Origin: Vicugna vicugna
Lineage: Eukaryota
DNA length: 64,000 nucleotides
Assembly (NCBI GenBank): GCA_013265495.1
Contig: MU057822.1
Coordinates: 299,852 to 363,851, forward strand
Reading direction: 5' to 3'
The position numbers were made by a program, and so were the translations under genes. Below the pieces are notes generated by a model. That model had not been told where the DNA came from. It did no database searches and saw only the letters and a list, made by a program, of their open reading frames with translations. Positions 61,701 to 64,000 of the stretch are shown here, piece after piece; position 1 is the stretch's first letter; every line of letters begins with the position of its first letter.

Positions 61701-62267
61701 CTTAGAAGCTTTGTTTTTGCAACCAGTTAATTTACCATATGAATTTTTAAAAATAGTAATGTGTACAGATTCTTTGTTCAAATACTCAACTGCAAACTTA
61801 TTAAGACTGTTATGTATGTATGTAATGAGATTGAGAAAATAAAAGGAATCTTTGTGATAATAATAAATCAGTTGGACATGGTCTTACTCTAAACAGGAAC
61901 CTGTATGCAGGTACAGCAGGTTGGGGGTAAGAACTGCTTTGGTACAGGCTGTGGTCTCTAATGAGAGAGGGAGATAAATTGTGTTGGGGAGGAATCTTGG
62001 AACCCTTTATGAGAGTTGATGACCAGAAGAGGTCTTTGAAGGATAGGAACCTGTTACTTAAAACTGTGCAGTGATACTGGAGTGAGGGGTTGGGACAGAT
62101 GACAACAGATAATCAGAAACTGAATTCGAGTATGTAAGTCCATGATCCCAGTGATGAGACCTTCTCTGTCTACAGCTACTGGTACCTTTCTGAGGAGACA
62201 TTGGCCACAGTAGCTTGGCCCCAGGTGTTGTCATATGTGACCGTTTCTTCTCCTGTTTCCTTTCAAG

Positions 62268-62472
62268 GAGATCTCTTTGCTGCCACTTTCCTCATTAAGA
62301 ATGGGTCCCTTGTCAATGCTGTGACGTTGGGTGCCCAGGAGACACCATTGCACCTTGTGGCATCATACAGTTCAAAGAAGCACTCAGCAGATGTGATGTC
62401 CGAGATGGCGCAGATTGCAGAGGCCCTGCTGCAGGCTGGTGCCAACCCCAACATGCAGGACAGCAAGGGCAG
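62268..62472 (+). CDS. ANKFY1: ANKFY1 exon 8 (ankyrin repeats)
   Basis: cctttcaAG|GAGATCTC...GGCAG|GTCAGT; 205 nt; GDLFAATFLIKNG...ETPLHLVA...ALLQAGANPNMQDSKGR. Confidence 0.96.
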
Positions 62473-63887
62473 GTCAGTTGGGGAGCAGGTCGACCGCTCA
62501 GCACTATTCCCAGATTGTTATTTTATGGCGGCATGTAACTAGCAGGTGGTGGCACTTCATGGTTTTTTTCAGTTGAGCATGATTCAGTCTGAATTTTATT
62601 GAAGTCACAAACATTGATTTGTTTTGCAAATGAGAGAGATGACTAAAGCCAGAGGCATTTGGGGAAACCATTTCCATCCTAGGTAACTGAGGTCTTTGGA
62701 TTTTTAAGCAACTTCTGTCATCCCCAGAGTGGTCATCCAGTCCAGCTCCTTCTTCCAGCATCTTTGTTAGAGTTAGTTGGATACTTTGAAGAAGAGGAGT
62801 GCGTTTCTCTCAAAGCAATCCGTTTTATTTCTGTGAGGTCTAATTTGGGGGAAATTCTCTGTATTAAACCCAATTCTAACTTCTCATAAACACTCCCGCC
62901 TTAGACAGTGTCTGCTCAGTTTGCCCTCTTCTTCCGCAGCACAACCCTTTGCAGAGTTGACAGTGGTTGTCATGTTCCTTTTGCCCCTTCCGCAGGAATA
63001 CTTGGTTTAGAGTCTAAGAAAGGGCTGCTTGTCTTTGGGACAACAGTGTGGGAGGCATGGAAGAGGACTTAAGCCACCTGAGTCACCAACACAAGTGGGA
63101 CCCACTTTTTATCATAGCAGCTCAGTATTTTATACCTTTGAGGAACCATCTCAGAAAATAACTGTGAAGCCGTCAGGATAGGAAAACAGATTTGTGTAAT
63201 GGATAAATTACTGAAATAAGGTGGATCTCCATGAACTCAATGTAATATGATAATTACCTTATTTACCAAATAATTGCATTCTTGTTTTTTCTTCTGGTCA
63301 TTCCTTAATTTTCCCCCCCAACCGTCATAGACTGTAGCATTCTGAACCTCTGAGCTAGATGCTAGCCGGGGGCCCCTGTGCTCTGTGGTGGCAGTCTTCC
63401 TCGGGGCACACGAGGGCTAAAGTGAAGCCATGGAGAGCAGTTCAGTGCCATTCTAATCAATTCCCACTGTTGCCACTCAGAATGTGTTTTGAGTGTAAGA
63501 GAGAATTATGGGAAGAAAAAAATTTCTTTTCAGAATCGTGGACGGTAAGTAGGGGAGAATAGGCATTCCTATGGCAGAAACTACTGTTTTAGAAACATGA
63601 GTATGTGCACATTCAGTGAGGGTCAGGATCTCATTGGAGAGTATTTTGGTATCTCTTCCTTTTATTGATTCTTGTCCGTTTGGCTACTGAATAAATTATA
63701 ACATCTAATCTAATCCTTTTTCATTCGTTGATGCTTGGTCATGGTTTTGGAAAACTGTTTGCCAGGGATACAAAAAGACACTGTTGGCAGAAATGTGGAA
63801 CTTGTTGCAGATTCTAGTCACCTCCTGCTATGAGTAGTCCTGAACTGCCCCGTCCTGAGTTGATGCCTCCTTTTTTTCTTCTTGCAG

Positions 63888-63956
63888 GACTCCCTTACAC
63901 TTGTCCATCATGGCCAGGAACGAATACGTGTTCAATCAGTTGCTGCAGTGTAAACA
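63888..63956 (+). CDS. ANKFY1: ANKFY1 exon 9 (ankyrin repeat); gene continues beyond window
   Basis: cttcttgcAG|GACTCCC...AAACA|GTACGT; 69 nt; TPLHLSIMARNEYVFNQLLQCK(Q). Confidence 0.94.
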
Positions 63957-64000
63957 GTACGTAGGGAGACGTGGAGAAACGAAAAAGCAGTTGTGAGGGT

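Overview
Mammalian genomic DNA, most likely camelid (alpaca/camel), judged from eight copies of a tRNA-Ala(AGC)-derived SINE resembling the camelid vic-1 family. Two genes lie in tandem on the + strand. First come the last intron and the wholly non-coding terminal exon of UBE2G1 (acceptor at 6845, 3' end about 9.9-10.2 kb). Then come a CpG-island promoter and coding exons 1-9 of ANKFY1 (Rabankyrin-5; ATG at 14803, 1172 coding nt, gene continues past the window). Exon phases join without frameshift, and intron 4 needs a non-canonical GC donor. The rest is intronic or intergenic DNA rich in L1, SINE, MIR, L2, MaLR/ERVL LTR and hAT/Tigger relics, plus a truncated 5S rRNA pseudogene. I found no convincing new multi-gene system. 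The most notable items are a decayed MRG-family-like (MORF4L1/2, MSL3) coding relic in ANKFY1 intron 7, an open read-through of the GC donor that could give a 182-aa BTB-only isoform, a possible alternative first-exon donor, a nested L1-in-L1 with an open ORF2 fragment, and a perfect inverted duplication between microsatellites. Gene and repeat names come from recall, not database searches.
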